Part shown: positions 52,601-64,000 of the stretch, piece after piece
How positions within the stretch are numbered: position 1 is the stretch's first letter
Layout of the letters: each line of letters starts with the position of its first letter
DNA from: Lytechinus pictus
Taxonomy: Eukaryota
Assembly: GCF_037042905.1 (NCBI RefSeq)
Contig: NC_087245.1
Coordinates: 14,448,001 to 14,512,000 of the forward strand
Direction: 5' to 3'
DNA: 64,000 bases
Notes under the pieces: generated by a model
The model's input: only the letters and a program-made list of their open reading frames with translations
Told to the model about the DNA's origin: nothing
Database searches by the model: none
Translations under genes and position numbers: made by a program

Positions 52601-55600
52601 CGTCCGCCCTGTCATACAGACCTAAGGAACAACAACGAAAAATGTATAGAAAATCAAAGCTTACTTGATATATAATGGCTTGTGGCAAGACTGGGAAAAA
52701 ATACCAAATTACCTAAATGAATACATGCAGTTGAGGAATATGTATTCAGATAGTTTGAGTGTTTTATAATATTCATGTTCTGTGTTAATATATTGTCAAT
52801 TAATTGCAAATCTAAGTGCAGTAAACTAAAAATAACATGATGGATACACACTATTCCAAAGGGATTTGTAGCAACTAGAAAATACATGTAGCAGTACTGT
52901 GTTACATCTTTGTCTGATGTAATATATGTCTATGACATATCATTGCTTTGTGTTCTCAAGTCCAATTCTGCCTTGATTTTTAACCCCCTACTTCCTGAGA
53001 CTGGTTGTTTAATCATGTTTTTTCTTTTCATGAATTGGTAATAAATACTGAACTGAATTGAATTCGTACAAAGCTGATCGGTGGTAATTCAGAACATTCC
53101 CAGGCCTATAGTTTGTGGAATATCTCTGAATGTTCGTGTCAAGTTTAAGGGAGGGAACTCATTCAGTTTTAATTTCATCTGCTCCACATACTTAAATGAA
53201 AAGAGGGAAGTCAGGCAACAAAGTTCGGAATGATCATCTACTCACCGACCCACCAGTCGTAGCCACCGAATCCTTTCTCGATGAAGAAATCCATCTCATC
53301 CTCCGTGTCTACAACAGCAAGATCTCCATTGGTAGTATTCATGCAGTCCATGCGAGCAGCGTCCCAATCCTTGGGTTCAGTAACGAAGCGGTAACATCCA
53401 AAGTTGTAACCGAGCTCGAAACCGTCAGGGCAGATCGCTGGTAGGGGAGGGGGTGTTAAAGATTAACAAAAAATATGGAAAATTGATTACATTATTCTGA
53501 TTTCACTAAAAAGATTCATGACAGACCATACTCGTTTTCTGGAAAAGATTTGAAAGGTGAAGAATGAAGTCTCCTATGCCAAATGCAATTTTTATTTTTT
53601 ATGTATTTGTATTGTTTAATGACAGGCTGCACGTTTCTAAATTTTTACACAAATTCATACATAACATCACATTACAGTACGCTAAAATTTATGAGGTGGT
53701 GAATCTTTTTGTTACGAAATCATGACTGTACTTCAAATTATTTAATTTATATGGTGTGAAAAGATAGACTTTACACTAAAAATGTTCACTGGCAAAAAGA
53801 TCAGTTTCACTGAACTCACTGGATTCATCAAATGTCTCGATCAGGGTCTCGTATCTGCTTTCCAAAGTACGCTGAGCGGAGTATGGAACGATGGAAATGA
53901 CGTAGAAAGTGCTTGGTAAGAGACCTGTGATCTCCCCCTGTACGGAAATGGCACCAACAATGTCAGTGATGATGTCATCATTGATACCACCATCGGAAGC
54001 AATGAGGTAGTAGCCGAGGAGGTTACAGCTGGAGAGGGATGGTAACCACGTTGCCGATGCGGTCAGGGCAGAGGTTGCTTGGACGGTGAACTGGGACGGG
54101 TACATGTCTTCCTCGGTGAAACCTGGTGGGGAACAGTAATATGGGAGTCAATGTGTTCCTTCAGAGTTTCCATGAAGTGCAAATGGATTAAACACCTGCT
54201 CTATCTTGTCTTTCTTGCCCTTCATTATCTCTGTATCTGTCTTTGACTATCTTTGTTTCTGTTTGTCAGTCTCTTTTACTGTCTCTGGAGGCTCTTTGGT
54301 GATTTTTCTCCCTCTGTTTTTCTTGCTGTATCTGTATGAATTTTTTCTTCTCTCTGACGTTTAATCTTTTATCTTTACTTTCCTTCTTTCTTCTATATCT
54401 CTCAGTCATTCTCTTACTCCTACTGCAAATTATTATCATCATTATCATTGTATAATTACAATCACATTCCCAGTCTGTTCTTTATTGGCCAAGGTACAAA
54501 TTTCGACCAAAATTCAAAACAAAATCAATGAAGCCTTGTCAAACTGGCCCATTTTTTGAAACATAGTACAACTTGTAATTACATTTTTGTACATAAAAAA
54601 TGAAAGATAGAGAAGTTTCCCTCACCCTTAGCCTGGACCTTACAGATGAAAGGTCTGGTGGTATCACAGGTGATATCATCCCATTGGCCTGCTTCATTGA
54701 GCTCAACACAATCATTGTTACCAAGAAGATCAGAGGGTGCACCAGGAGCCCAGTTGAGAGTCTGCCAGGTGTCCGGGGCCTGGCAGTCCATCCAACGGAA
54801 CAACCGCTCGGTTCCAAGGTCATTGAAACCTAAAGAAGGATAAAATCATTTTTCAATATTGGTAAAGACTTATTCAGATATGGTGAAACAGCCAAACAGT
54901 CTTATCAACATTTTTCACGTTTGTACATGTTCCCTATCTTAAAATATGAGAGAGTGAGAATGAGGTGGACATGTTTAATATGATGAGGAAAAGCACTGAT
55001 TGCCTTTTCTTGTATAGAATCAACCCAATCATTAGCTAGATATTACCAAACTGTAGGCATGTACATGTAAACCTCCAGACAGGATTGACATATTGAAGTC
55101 TGTTAAAGATGTTTAGGATGTTATTTGAGGCCAAGGCCGTGTAAATTCCATCTCAAATCACAAAGCCATTATATGATTTTCTTGGAATAGTTGGGAATGT
55201 AGTGAGAACCAGAATGAAATTTTATTTTATTATTTTTTTTTTGGGGGGGGTTACGTCCCCTTGAAGTCAGAGCTTAATCTTTCTGCAGTATCTTTTAATC
55301 GCTAATCACCAGGTTTCATCATAGACAAAACAAATGAAGAATGCATTAGAGCTGCTATGAAGACACTTGTGCAATTATAGAAGGATTCCTGTACAAAGCC
55401 TTTGCAAACGAATTTTGTAATCAAGAGATTAAAACATTTGGCCTATCATATTGTCAAGCAAGACTGAAATCTTACCAATCCAGTATGATAATGGAAGACG
55501 AGTGTTGTTGACAAAATCAAGTTCTTCAAGAGTGTCAATGACAGCTAGATCTGCCTCCGGATCATCTGATTGACAACTGAGTCGAGCATCAAACCAAGTT

Positions 55601-58600
55601 GATGGGTTCACTGCAAATCTCCAGCAAGTATAGTCCGGTCCCTGCTGATAGCCAGTTGGACAATTGGTTGCTGGCAAATACCAAGATGAAACAAGAGTAA
55701 TGAAAATTTGACACTGAAAAATGATTTGGTATTATATCTGACTTTTAATCAGCGATATAGTCAAGTCCTTCCTTCCAACCAGAGTCTGAGTCCAAGCATC
55801 CAAGTCCTGAGACATAGGGGCTCTGGTACAGTCTGGACTAAGTACTACAGTATTTATTTGCTTATTATAATCTCATAATAATGTGATGTCTGAAAACACT
55901 TTATCATGAAGTTAGGGTCAAATACTTCAGAGTTATCTATAGATTAATGATCCTTTGAGTTTCTCATTTTAATATAAAGAAAGTGGGGCATGTCATTTTC
56001 CAACCCTGATAAATGGAGACCATATCTCATATCTGACTAATAAATTTTAAATATAGTCCTAAAAAACATAAAGACTGTTTTTCATTCCCTAATATCCCTT
56101 TTTGCTCATTACAATACAAGACACATTATGGCTCATTAGTCATTTTCTGGTGGAGACTCAAAAATGTGATGGATGTGTATATGTGTCTTTCTTGCTGAAA
56201 GGCTGCTACTTACTGCCTTCTGGTAGTGTTGTTTGCATCATAGGTGGCAAGGCCGGGAGATCTTCAAAACTGAATGTCGTTGTTCTTAAGGTGATGACAT
56301 ACCCTGTGTTTGGACTGAGTGAACTCAGATCGTAAAAACTAGTGGTTGACCCCTCGATAACCTCGGTCTATAAATTCAAGAAGTGTTGCATCATTATAGT
56401 ACGGACAACAATATTTGGTAATAGGCCAGGGCAAATATCCAGGTATTTTTAATCTCCTGTCCTAGCAACTGACCGGCCGATGAAAACACACTAGCGACCC
56501 TTACAGCAGCGCAGCGTTTTGGCATGCCTACAATGCATAACACACAAACATTGCATTCATACTTTGTGCTGAACATTGTGATAATCAAGTTTACCCATTT
56601 TGTTATCTGGAAGTTTACAAATCTTTCTGAAATTTTCAGTGCTGTTTCTGACATTATTTCATTGTGTTTTTTACAGTCACTTTGTTTCATCAAAGTAAGG
56701 TCATTGCTGTCGTTAAGTGGATGTGACGTCACTCCGCCCCCGCCTATAGACATATTGATAGGTATACTTAAAAATCATTTAAAACTTTAGTGAGCTTGTA
56801 TTTGGGGGACTGATCAAGGAAAAAAAAGAAAAATCAATAACTGTCCTATTCACATTATTTTAGAAAGAATTTTACCGTGTAACAGAGTCCACTTTAAAAG
56901 GGATACTCTACACATACCCTAACATTCATTGACACAGACTGTCAATGTCCTCATGCCACAACTTCACGTCAAGCATACTCACAGCAGTCACCACTTGAAC
57001 GAGCTTAAAACCATATAATGGGTGATATTACAATATTCTTTGTTGCTTAAATAAACCATTTTATCTGAACATCCAACCAGTCAGATTACCATTTAAATGT
57101 ATGTAGCAATTTACAATGTTAAGAATTTGAGAAGTTATAATATCTGAAGATAAACAAAGATGCTGACCAGTTCATTTCCACCAATGCCTACTGGCGAGTA
57201 ACTGATCGTGTATCCTGTGACATCACAACGATATGAGCTTGGTGTCCAACTGACACGAATAGTGTCAGGGGATAGTGCTTCTGTCTTCAAGTTACTGGGG
57301 TCAAATGCATCCGGAATAATATCAGGAACTATAAGAGGTAAAGCAGAAAAATAACATGATTATATATTGTTGATCCATCTCAATAATAAAGTTATGCACA
57401 ATGTTTTTTTAGACTAAAATCCCCTGATGCCAGTTGCATAATGAGCCAATTTTTTTGGGGGGGGCCAGATATAGCATATCAGGCAAAATTTATAAAAAGT
57501 TGCGAGCGAGCAAAGTGAGGGAGTAAAAATTTTGACCTTTTTAAAAAAAAAATCAAATTTTGTGATAGATTTTTACATAAATGAAATGCATTGAAATTGA
57601 ATTATTTTACACATAATCTGAATTTTTAGAGACAGAAAAAAATCTATAACTGCAGGGTAAAACATCAACACGATTAATTATAGAAGATAAAATGTACCTG
57701 GAATTGTTTCACAGATGTACCTCTTGGCAAAATCACACTCATCATCATAGTAATACCCATCGGTACCAAGGATATACACACAGTCTTCTTCATTTCCAGG
57801 TATGCGACTGGGTTGATCATCAGCCCAATTATAGATTGCCCATCCCGAAGTTGAAGTGTCACATTCTACATACGAGAAAACACCCTCTTGGCCTCCGTCG
57901 TAGTAACCTTTCATCAAAAAAGAGCAGGGATTACTCGATAGTTAAGCTAAATAATATGATCAAATTTAACAAAGTGACCACTCACGTGTTTGCATGTATA
58001 AAGAAAAAATTACACAATGTGTCTTATGACTTAAGTAAAAAATGGGTAATCAGGAAATATAAGCATGGCATTCTGTCAGATAAACAGATCTTTTCCCAAG
58101 CAATGAGAAGATTATGTTGGCCATCTTACACCTACTTGGTTTTAAATAAAGATTTAATTAATTCAGAAAGACCAATTTACATGAATTATATCATAACTTA
58201 CAAGATCTAAATCTAGATCTATGATGATATGGTAACAATTGACCTTCATCTTAAAGGCTGTCTCTTGAAATTATTTCGAGCTGCAACAACTCAATAATAG
58301 CTTCAGCAGCATCAGACTCACCAATCCACCACTCTTCCCCACCGGAAACATCCCTGATATACCGGTTCTCCAGCGCATTGTTGATCATGATAAGATCAGC
58401 ACCAGGGGTAGAACGACAGTCCTCTCTGGCCTGCAACCAGGTGGATGTCCTGTCGACGAACTTGTAGCAAGTCGGGCCATTGACATCAGCCTCGACATAA
58501 CCCTCTGGACAATCAACTGCACCAGGAAAAAAATATTTAAAAAATGAAATTTTCTTCGTAAATAAGGGCTGGACAATACAGCATATCAGGTTATTTGATT

Positions 58601-61600
58601 ATCACTGGCTGTAATTTCAATAGGGCAATATGAGGTCCCCCATGAATAATTTTCAACCAATGTTTTGTTGACATTACCCGTTACTTGGATCCTGGTGAGT
58701 TTTAATTGTGGCTTTCTGTAGCTTATGACCTGTTGTCACAAATTAATAGCAATATGAGCAATGTCTAAACATATTAATATCCCAATATTAAATGTAATGG
58801 CAGGTGATATATAGTATCTAACCAATATCATATTATCTACACGTAAAAAGCTTCAATGTCTCAACATTTTTATATCCTGATCATAAAATGTAATCATGAC
58901 ATTATCAGGGATAACATATCATGGAACAATTATCGTTTATTCAATAAACGTCATGATATTTCAATACCATCGTCTTATCATGCAGCCCTGACATAAACTA
59001 AAAACAATATCAGTCAAAACCATGATAGGTCAACCAATCTTGTATCTATCACTATTGCTGCATATGAAAATAAGCACCTGGGTCCTGTTTAAAAAAAGAC
59101 TTCAACTATTGTGATATTTCTATTAGAGAAACTATCACAAAATCTTGGTCGTGATTGGCCGCTGAGCCCTGTTACCATAATAGCATAATCACCGTGACCA
59201 CAGTTTAAAGTCTTCATAAATTGGGCATCAGAAATATGAAGAATTCATGAATGTGTACAAACAATTATAAAATATCTGCAAAACATAATATTGGCATATA
59301 AAGTATTATATCAACAATGTACCTATGTCATCCATGTATATGGAGTTAAATGTCTATTAAAAATTTTAAAAACTCACAGAATTTTTCATAGGTAAATGAG
59401 AATCCGCGTCCAACAACGGAGGAGTCCGCAGTGAACTGGATGATGAGACTATTGATAGAGCTAATGACATCCTCAGGTACTTCAGAACCAGTTAGAACCT
59501 GAAATCAAGTATTAATTACTTCAAAACTTGGCATATAAGGTATATACGAAGATGCTCTTTCTTTCTACATATAATAACAATACTGTGAATGATTTTAACT
59601 TTTCGAGCTACGAGAATAGTACAAATCTTATTACAAGGTGAACGTTAATGCCTAGTCAAGTTTTAGTTTACATAAAAATTATTCATTTTCAAAGTTTAAA
59701 TAAATTTCCATGAAAAAATGAAGACGTATGTCATAAAACACATTCTGTGTGAAAGATGCAAACTGAAACCTGATATTTATAGGTTTTAAGTCAGTTTAAA
59801 GTCAGATTTAAAAAAAATTTAATTAGATGGATTCTCGATTTCACTCATAAATTTTTTTGACTTATGAAGTGTTCAAATACTTCATATCAAATGGTCACTT
59901 TCAAACATATGAACTATTGTAGATTCTTTAATCTTTTGTACGGATTTGTAAAACATGTATGTTAATGGTTCAAACCCTCTTACAAAATACAATTTAGGAG
60001 AAGTCTGAAAAATCAATTTGTGAAATTTGAAATAATCAATTACATGTAATCCCACTCTACAGCAGGATATAAAACACATTCCTTTTCAGAAAGATGACAT
60101 TTCAAAGAATGTCAAACAAAAATATGATCAATAAAAGCAGGAAGACAAAATATCCAACAGGAGCAAACAATTTGTCTAAAGTGATAAACATATCAAAGAC
60201 AGTGGATAATGACACACGTACCAAGGATCCAACAGGGTTGGCACGGCTTCCCACAATGCTGAGCGTATCACGGCCGGTCTCAAGGTCAAAGCCTTGGAAG
60301 GATAGGCGGATGTTGTAACCCTCTTCCACCTGGATGGCCCAGTTACAGGAGGCATAGTTAGGATACTGGAAGCCATATCCAGGCGATTGGATGGTTCCCG
60401 AATCATCGGTGATAATCTCATTGGAACACATGTCTGAGAAGAAAGAGGGGGAAATACTTCGAGGTTGGAAAGAGTATTCAGTCATGTGAAGCCATTCATA
60501 GCAGGGATGCGATTGCTTGGTCATTGATCACCAGTGTAATAATGAATAATAAGTTAATGTATATAGCAATTATTACACTTTGTTTCTATTAAAGCGATTT
60601 TAATAGATTGTAATTACTATTACCCCGGTAATCGAATCCTGGCATGCCAGCACACAAAGTATGCACTTTCTCCACTCCCTGGGGAGCATTCCAACAAGAG
60701 TTTCAAGACTCAGTTGCTAGGCATACTACATAGGCTTTCGCATCCTACCGGGTACCCATTTAACACTCTTGCCAAATGGTGCAATGCTGCGGGATACAAA
60801 CACACGACCCTCTGATTGCAAGGCAAGAGTCTGCACCATCACACCACAATGCTTCCACTACAAGGAATGTGATTGATTAATCAATATATTATGCATAACG
60901 TATATGGGCAATTCCATAAAATATACACATCCAACCCTGAAAAAGCAGGACCTTCCTAAAAAAAATATATTGTCTGTTTTGTAGTTCATCTCAAAAGGTT
61001 GAAATGCTCTCAAATAATCATGGATTGAACAAATCATCAAAAGATATAAGAATGGAAAAGAATAGGATTTGGAAGAACAAAAAGGTTGATTATTTCATGG
61101 AATTGCCCATGTGCACGCTCTGAACAGTTATATAACGCTTAAGGAAAAGACGATGACGTTTTAATGTAAGGAGGGTGGGTAATTATACTAATAAATCAAT
61201 TCTACCTAAAGAGCCATCAATGCTATAATGTGTCCATCATATATGTGCATTTTCAAACACAGTGCTTAAAACCTTACACAAAAATGTTATAATTAACATT
61301 TTGGGTGTATAAAACAATGTTCATATCACTCTTATTATGATCCGAGAGCATACAGTCTAGTATCGATCTAAAGAAAAATTCATCCAATCCTACCATCAAA
61401 GAATGTTATTTCGAATCCACCAAAGTTGTTGCTGCCATCAGTGGTGAACGCAAGCCACATGAGAATAGAGTTGGTGGTGAAGGACTCATTGACGTGGCCG
61501 GAGAGCTGAGCAACACGGGTATCCAAGGAGACGGCGCTGTCACCTCGACCGGTTCCTACATCCAAGATGTCATACTGACCCTCTGAAAGGGAAATGTACA

Positions 61601-64000
61601 TGTATAGGTTAAATCAGGCATGGTGCCATAGAGTTTAGCTATCTGTGTTTAATCAGTGCAACGTTCCTTTACGTATTCAAGGGCAAAAAACATGGAAGCT
61701 TGGGGCAATTTTGCCCCCCCCCCCCTCAAACGATCAAAAGAACCCTGAAAAATGAAAAAGGCCCCAGAAATTCCCATTCCCTGCAATTATGGGTTGTACA
61801 ATATTGCAGATTTTGGGACTAGATTGTGAATAGTACCCCCTGAAAATGTAAAGAAAAATGTTTTTTACCTTTTTTATTCTGATTTATCAATCATCCCATG
61901 TTCTTTGTAATGTCACTGCTATATCTTAATCGTTTAAATAGGATGGATGAAATGTAAATTACCAGTCTTAAAATCATTGACGACGGCTCTGATTGGGGCT
62001 CCAGACGATGATACGATAGACCAGAGGCAGTAGCGGTTGATGTCGTAGGGTAAAGGATAGTTAGGTGATCGTATCGTCCTGGTAAGAGGGGAAATTATGA
62101 TTGTCTCCTCACAATCTAAACAAAATGAACAATCAAAAAAGTTATTCAATATTAGTTCATGTAGGCCTTGGGTAATGTAGGGAGCATTTCATCAACATTT
62201 ATATCTAACAAGTTGTCAGATCTGACAACTTTCCCTGATTTTAACTGACTGAGGAGCATAGTTCCTATGGTATCTGTCAGATAAAACAGGACTTGTCGGA
62301 TAAAATGTCTGACAAGTCCTTTCATGAAACACGCCGAAGACCTCATAATTCATAATAGGGGGGTCACTTTTGTTTTAATCTTGTCTGAAACCAAGTTTCT
62401 TATCTCAAATAAAGCCAATGCAACATATAAGAAAGGGAAGAAAATCTCATGGATACAGAATTCAACATGTTTTTCAATCTCCTGAGCATTTTTTTAAAAT
62501 GATGATACAACTATTCTTGTCTTGGCACAAAAATATTATACAATTTTAGATTAATCAAATGATTTCATGATTATCAAAGTGATCTTGAGAAGATGATGTT
62601 CTATCCCGATACTATTCAATTCAGTACTTTGAGTAAAACTTTTACCAAGTAGTTGCTGGGCTTAGAAATGTACTTTATTACAATTTATGTGTCGATTGGA
62701 CTTCCATACCTCTATCTTGCTTTGCATCAAGTGAGAATCCTATATCGACAGTGGAGTAGTCAGATGTGAACCTGACCCAGCCGATAGACTCTTCAATCAT
62801 GAGAGAGAATGGTTCCACCGAGCCAGAGAGTGAGACATAGTGAGAAGTGGGATCAGATGCATCATTACCACGACCAATCTCAACGATATCATACCTAGTG
62901 ACAAAGATGAGCATACCGATACGAGGTAACTTTACTATGATAACAATATGAACATCAAGACGGCTATAACGGATGTTTTAAACGAGTGTTACATGAAAGA
63001 TACCATTAACAGCAGAGTTACAGCCATTAATGTGTACCTGGAAAATCACAAGTTGCTTGGTACAATCAAATTATAGCATATTCCATGAAAAATTGCACTT
63101 CATTTTTATAAATTTCATTTATCATTGCAAAAACAGAGTAGACAGTCATTTGATAGACCAAATGGGTTGCGTTCTCACAACGGTGTCCTAGCTTCTATGG
63201 AACTCTAGGTTTAGTCTTTAGGATTTATTCCAAAGATAATGTTCAAAAGAATCCATAGGAAATCCTACTTTCTATATTTCATTGTGAAATAATTTTCTTC
63301 TTTTTTTAATATACTTTTCACTACAGGATTGAAATACTTCGTATTTATCAAATTTAACGGAATAATCGCTCCATTCACTATTCTACTGTAAGTTAATCTA
63401 GGATCATGTGACTCAATGTTAGGCAATTCCATATCCAACATTTTTAGATTTTGTGTGCCTGATTTAGCACCTTGCTTTCCTTTTTAAAATTTGATACAAG
63501 GAAAATATGTCTTTCCTATCATCTGAATTTATTCATTCAAACAATTTTCTACTTACATTCCGAGTATAGTGGTATTTAGTCATGGTAATGGAATAAACTG
63601 GATATCTAAGCCTATGTCACAGGTTAATTAAATCATATAAATCAATTCAGTATTATACCAACACTGACTATCATCCTGTTCCTGTTTGTTGCAAGCTTCA
63701 TTTAATCAAAGGATTTGGGTTTTGAGGACGATCAACATGATTATTCCTACTGTATATATGAAGTGAGATGAAAATTTAAGAGGAATTGACCTGTTATGAG
63801 ACAAACAATGATATGAAAACTTACCCATATTCTGTAAAGAAAGCATTGGTGTCCATGCCAATCCTAAACCTGCCACCCTGATCTGCCTGTAGGTACCAGA
63901 CGCAGTCCAGGTTTGTGGGGTAACCTTGAGGGTAGTTAGGAGACTGGACCCTCTGGAAACCAGATACAGGGACAATCAATGTGCCGCCGCAGGTTAGGTT
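31259..64000 (-). CDS. Large type I membrane protein, 5'-partial: CUBx>=3 - [C-type lectin + FN3]x5 - CUB - juxtamembrane domain - TM - cytoplasmic tail
   Basis: 31 exons, all GT-AG and phase-consistent: 63825-64000 (partial), 62710-62894, 61963-62115, 61394-61582, 60222-60433, 59378-59498, 58322-58516, 57698-57907, 57168-57328, 56214-56367, 55476-55670, 54626-54829, 53820-54122, 53246-53437, 52418-52621, 51489-51603, 50572-50750, 49956-50144, 49121-49324, 48218-48523, 47257-47445, 46369-46572, 45285-45584, 44744-44909, 42169-42350, 41541-41605, 40455-40567, 38460-38762, 33965-34011, 32282-32318, 31259-31520. Motifs: CUB (CGG..SPNYP..Y....C.W; F.SD.S...GF), CTLD (CP.G...CY...W..AR..C...L.....E...WIG; NW...QP...C..ND..C...ICE), FN3 (W.P...GY...L.P.T.Y). 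Confidence 0.92.
31640..31762. repeat. (GACA)n/(GATA)n tetranucleotide microsatellite
   Basis: Seen directly. Confidence 0.9.
32990..33134. mobile_element. MITE
   Basis: Inverted ends CAGGGCTTCGTAACACAAAGGTTTGCAAT / ATTGCAAACCTTTGTGTTACGGAGGTCCTG. Confidence 0.7.
35376..35649. mobile_element. Diverged second copy of the 9993-10269 MITE
   Basis: Colinear similarity throughout, e.g. ATGGAAATCCATCA.TGTCATAA and the end CTCTTTGTAAGACAGGGCCCTG. Confidence 0.85.
38067..38414. mobile_element. MITE about 45 bp from the TM-exon donor
   Basis: Inverted ends AAGCCCAGTGCACACTATG / CATAGTTTGCGCTGGGCTT with internal TGCAATC/GTTGCA repeats. Confidence 0.65.
38460..38762 (-). CDS. Exon encoding the end of the juxtamembrane domain and the transmembrane helix
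   Basis: Hydrophobic stretch PWVIAVICLLCFCFFILCVVLV followed by the basic stop-transfer RDCFKK. Donor AC|GTGAGT. Confidence 0.9.
38977..39466. mobile_element. Unclassified non-autonomous element with a GCGAAGC hairpin
   Basis: Short inverted ends ATTATTTATCC / GGATATAAT, subterminal CCCGAGGGGCGAAGCCCCGAGGG, and a CpG-rich core unlike the surrounding intron. Confidence 0.5.
39645..39893 (+). mobile_element. Degenerate tRNA-derived SINE
   Basis: Decayed A box, core CACTCAACACAGGTGA...ATGGGTATC and (TAT)n tail, similar to the 17515 SINE. Confidence 0.6.
42169..44909 (-). CDS. Membrane-proximal CUB domain (2 exons)
   Basis: ECGITEFLEESGFVISPNYPNAYPDNQDCVYTI...AWMRFMSDESISASGFSISY. Confidence 0.9.
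42827..43627. mobile_element. ~800-bp non-autonomous TIR transposon (hAT-like)
   Basis: Perfect 18-bp TIRs TAGGGACAGTGATTTTCC / GGAAAATCACTGTCCCTA, AACATA on both flanks, and many subterminal AAACGGAA motifs. Confidence 0.8.
45285..58516 (-). CDS. Five tandem C-type lectin + fibronectin type III modules (17 exons)
   Basis: Each CTLD is split at the WIG glycine into exons of ~190 and ~204 nt. Each is followed by one FN3 domain. Confidence 0.92.
59378..64000 (-). CDS. Three tandem CUB domains (6 exons) of the membrane protein
   Basis: For example TCGGTLIVPVSGFQRVQSPNYPQGYPTNLDCVWYL, DCEETIII..RSPNYPLPYDINRYCLWSI and MCSNEIITDDSGTIQSPGYGFQYPNYASCNWAI. Confidence 0.9.
60535..60860 (-). mobile_element. 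tRNA-derived SINE, same family as the 19620 copy
   Basis: Reverse complement of GTTAAATGGGTACCCGGTAGGAT.CGAAAGCCTATGTAGTATGCCTAGCAA...GAATGCTCCCCAGGGAGTGGAGAA, with a tRNA-like head near 60790-60860. Confidence 0.8.

Noticed and set aside
57692..58210. 172-aa plus-strand ORF and other short ORFs antisense to receptor exons
   Set aside because: They are shadow frames opposite real minus-strand exons or intronic sequence.

Overview
This is AT-rich, intron-rich animal genomic DNA, most likely from a sea urchin or other echinoderm. That is inferred from the Hox11/13b/c-type homeodomain and the repeat landscape. I find four protein-coding loci. (1) The 3' end of an uncharacterised, probably disordered protein (<1-1304, +). 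(2) A five-exon + strand gene (7067-16449, 534 aa by my splice model). It joins a bacterial-type DUF3293-like domain to a CMPK2 (UMP-CMP kinase 2 / thymidylate-kinase fold) domain whose Walker A lysine is replaced by leucine; the ORF track shows this gene only as unrelated fragments. (3) A three-exon posterior (Abd-B class, Hox11/13b-e-like) Hox gene (20761-28656, +). It has non-Hox neighbours on both sides, an intron inside the homeobox, and a truncated LINE in intron 1. (4) A large minus-strand type I membrane protein with at least 31 exons (31259 to beyond 64000). Its architecture is CUBx>=3-[C-type lectin-FN3]x5-CUB-juxtamembrane domain-TM-Tyr-containing tail. Intergenic and intronic DNA holds many nested non-autonomous DNA transposons/MITEs, tRNA-derived SINEs and microsatellites. 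All exon models were read by eye from GT-AG sites and reading-frame continuity; family assignments come from remembered motifs, not database searches.
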